DNA of 64,000 nt from Thermoplasmatota archaeon. Lineage in GTDB: Archaea > Thermoplasmatota > Penumbrarchaeia > Penumbrarchaeales > Penumbrarchaeaceae. The stretch is taken from assembly GCA_049472215.1 (NCBI GenBank), contig JBLIRH010000002.1:23815-87814 (forward strand), given 5' to 3'. Numbering within the stretch: position 1 is the stretch's first letter; each line of letters begins with the position of its first letter. Below are positions 62,096-64,000 of this stretch, in pieces. The notes beneath the pieces were generated by a model. The model saw nothing but the letters and a program-made list of their open reading frames with translations, had not been told where the DNA came from and did no database searches. The translations under genes and the position numbers were made by a program.

Positions 62096-63307
62096 ATGTT
62101 CCTCACACTGGTTCTCAAATCCTTCAAGATGAGAAAGTCCAGATATATCCTACCTACGGTTTCACTCTTGATCGGCATATCCATGATCACCTCCCTGGTG
62201 ATGGTATCCTTGGAAACGGAAGACAGGATCGCTCGAGGTTTACGGGCCTTCGGCCCCAATCTCCTTGTTGTTCCCAGGAGCGAAGATATCCAACTCAACG
62301 TGGGTGAGATCAACCTTGGAATGATCACCGAGACCGAGTACATGAGCGAATATGATGCTGTGATGATAAGGGACCTGCCACCCGAGGTCTTCGGTGACAA
62401 GGTCAAGGGCGTACTCGGCAAGAACGCATTGCTTTATTCCAAGGCAAGGGTGGACGGTTCAACGGACATCATCTTTGTAGGCACGTGGTTCGAGGAACTC
62501 GAAAGCATCAATCTTTGGTGGGAAATCTCGGGGAAATATCCCACCGATCATGGTTCCGTTGTTCTTGGTGTGGAAGCGGCACGTGTTCTTAAGAAGGGCA
62601 TTGGAGACAAAGTGAACCTTGATTATTCAGATTACAAGCTTGAGAACGAGACCAAGGTCCCTTTCACATCAAATCGTGACTTCACAATTTCCGGTATCGT
62701 TTCCACCGGAGGGAATGACGATTCGAGGATATTCGGCGATCTTGACATGGTCCAATCATTCACAGGCAAGGAAGGGCTGGTGAACATAATGCACCTATCC
62801 GCTCTCTGTAACGGGTGTCCTCTTGAGGATATTGCAGAGGTTATCGAGAACAACGTGGAGAGTGTCGAGGTAAAGACCGTGAAACAGGTCGCCATGGCGG
62901 AGATGGACACTCTGGATCTTGTTCAGAACCTCGTCGGACTGATCACTGTCATCTCCCTCGGGGCTTCCATACTTGCAGTTATGACCACGCTGAGCTTGAG
63001 CGTGGTGGAGAGAAGGAAAGAGATCGGCCTGATGAAAGCGGTTGGGGCCCATAATCTGAACATCTCGATGATCTTCATTGGGGAAGGGATCATTATATCG
63101 ATCGTTTCCGGCATACTTGGATTCGTTTCAGGTATCGGCATCTCGCAATTGATAGGCCAGTATGTATTCGGGACCTCTGTAGGAGTAAGGTACGAGTTGA
63201 TCCTCCTCTCTTTGCTAACTGCCCTGGGTATAGTGTTCATCGCAGCGATATTTCCCCTTAGGAAGGCCATGATGGTTGACCCGGCCGTTGTCCTGAGAGG
63301 TGAATGA
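62096..63307 (+). CDS. ABC transporter permease, FtsX/MacB-LolC type
   Basis: MFLTLVLKSFKMRKSRYILPTVSLLIGISMI (TM1), a large extracytoplasmic loop, and the C-terminal FtsX domain RRKEIGLMKAVGAHNLNISMIFIGEG... Confidence 0.85.
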   Translation: MFLTLVLKSFKMRKSRYILPTVSLLIGISMITSLVMVSLETEDRIARGLRAFGPNLLVVPRSEDIQLNVGEINLGMITETEYMSEYDAVMIRDLPPEVFGDKVKGVLGKNALLYSKARVDGSTDIIFVGTWFEELESINLWWEISGKYPTDHGSVVLGVEAARVLKKGIGDKVNLDYSDYKLENETKVPFTSNRDFTISGIVSTGGNDDSRIFGDLDMVQSFTGKEGLVNIMHLSALCNGCPLEDIAEVIENNVESVEVKTVKQVAMAEMDTLDLVQNLVGLITVISLGASILAVMTTLSLSVVERRKEIGLMKAVGAHNLNISMIFIGEGIIISIVSGILGFVSGIGISQLIGQYVFGTSVGVRYELILLSLLTALGIVFIAAIFPLRKAMMVDPAVVLRGE

Positions 63308-63989
63308 ATTGGCCGATGATGTCCTGGTCGAGATCAAGGGTGTAAATAAGATCTATCCTCCAAAAACCAAGGCTCTGGATGAGATCGATCTGAAGATCTT
63401 CGATGGCGATTGGACTGTGATCATGGGTCCTTCAGGGTCTGGAAAGACCACGCTTCTTAATCTGATCTCCTGCCTTGACAGACCTTCTTATGGAGAGATC
63501 AAGGTCCTTGGGGAGGATCCGAATAGCATGTCAGATCGTACGCTCGCGGTCTTCAGAAGGAACAATATAGGCATGATCTTTCAGCAGTACCATCTCATAC
63601 CATACCTCTCAGCTTTGGAAAACGTGGAGATCGCTCAATATTTTCACAGTATTGTCGATAGGGATTCGGCGAAAGAAGCATTGGTCCGGTTCGGCATGGA
63701 AGACCGCCTTGACCATATTCCCTCGAAACTTTCAGGAGGGGAACAACAAAGAGTCTCGATCGCAAGGGCTCTGATCAACGAACCGAGATTGATCCTTGCC
63801 GATGAACCCACAGGGAACCTTGACAGGAAGAACGGCCTCAGGATAATGGAGATCCTCAAAGAGCTCAACTCGAAGGGAATGACAATAGTATTCGTTACCC
63901 ATGATAATGAACTTGCTTCATGGGGCGATCGGATCGTAAAGCTGGAGGATGGCAGGATCGCTGATGATATTCAGAACGACAACAGGTGA
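63300..63989 (+). CDS. ABC transporter ATP-binding protein (LolD/MacB-type)
   Basis: GPSGSGKTTLLN, Q-loop FQQYHL, signature LSGGEQQRVSIARAL, Walker B LILADEPTGNLD, H-loop VTHD. The GTG start overlaps the permease end by 8 nt. Confidence 0.9.
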   Translation: MNELADDVLVEIKGVNKIYPPKTKALDEIDLKIFDGDWTVIMGPSGSGKTTLLNLISCLDRPSYGEIKVLGEDPNSMSDRTLAVFRRNNIGMIFQQYHLIPYLSALENVEIAQYFHSIVDRDSAKEALVRFGMEDRLDHIPSKLSGGEQQRVSIARALINEPRLILADEPTGNLDRKNGLRIMEILKELNSKGMTIVFVTHDNELASWGDRIVKLEDGRIADDIQNDNR

Positions 63990-64000
63990 TCGAATGGCAA

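Noticed and set aside
1-64000. A search for CRISPR arrays, rRNA, tRNA, transposases, integrases, toxin-antitoxin pairs or restriction-modification genes.
   Set aside because: Reading the intergenic regions (all 263 nt or shorter) and the ORF translations revealed none. I cannot exclude small ncRNAs without a covariance-model search.

Overview
This window is an archaeal chromosomal segment, probably Thermoplasmatota-like. Supporting markers are a class I LysRS, CDP-archaeol synthase, geranylgeranyl reductase, TrmY, TATA boxes about 25 nt upstream of apparently leaderless starts, and GGTGA-type SD motifs inside operons. Coding density is about 90%, and TGA is the dominant stop codon. I found no rRNA, tRNA, CRISPR array, transposase or integrase.

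The content falls into four groups:
- Housekeeping genes: trmY, a formiminotransferase-cyclodeaminase, trxA, a ferredoxin+GGR pair, cyclophilin, lysK, an IDH/IPMDH-family gene, phosphomannomutase, an LplA-type ligase, truA, a TrmJ-like gene, carS, and an ABC exporter.
- Nine large surface proteins that share a signal peptide and a C-terminal TM anchor. Their ectodomains include beta-helix, PKD, cadherin-like and FN3 domains and Ca-binding repeats. Two of them are membrane-anchored S8 subtilases.
- Several tightly coupled operons of uncharacterised proteins: a KaiC/RecA-like trio, and a five-gene operon with a beta-barrel protein, three coiled-coil paralogs and a PRC-barrel protein.
- The standout: a five-gene minus-strand operon at 39258-44763. 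It combines a NuoE/NuoF flavoprotein module, a complete group-3-like [NiFe] large subunit, and an [FeFe]-hydrogenase-type H-cluster domain that sits inside a split [NiFe] small subunit. This predicts a hybrid [NiFe]/[FeFe] hydrogenase. hypE lies next to it.

Every call rests on reading the ORF translations and the DNA by eye. No database search was run.
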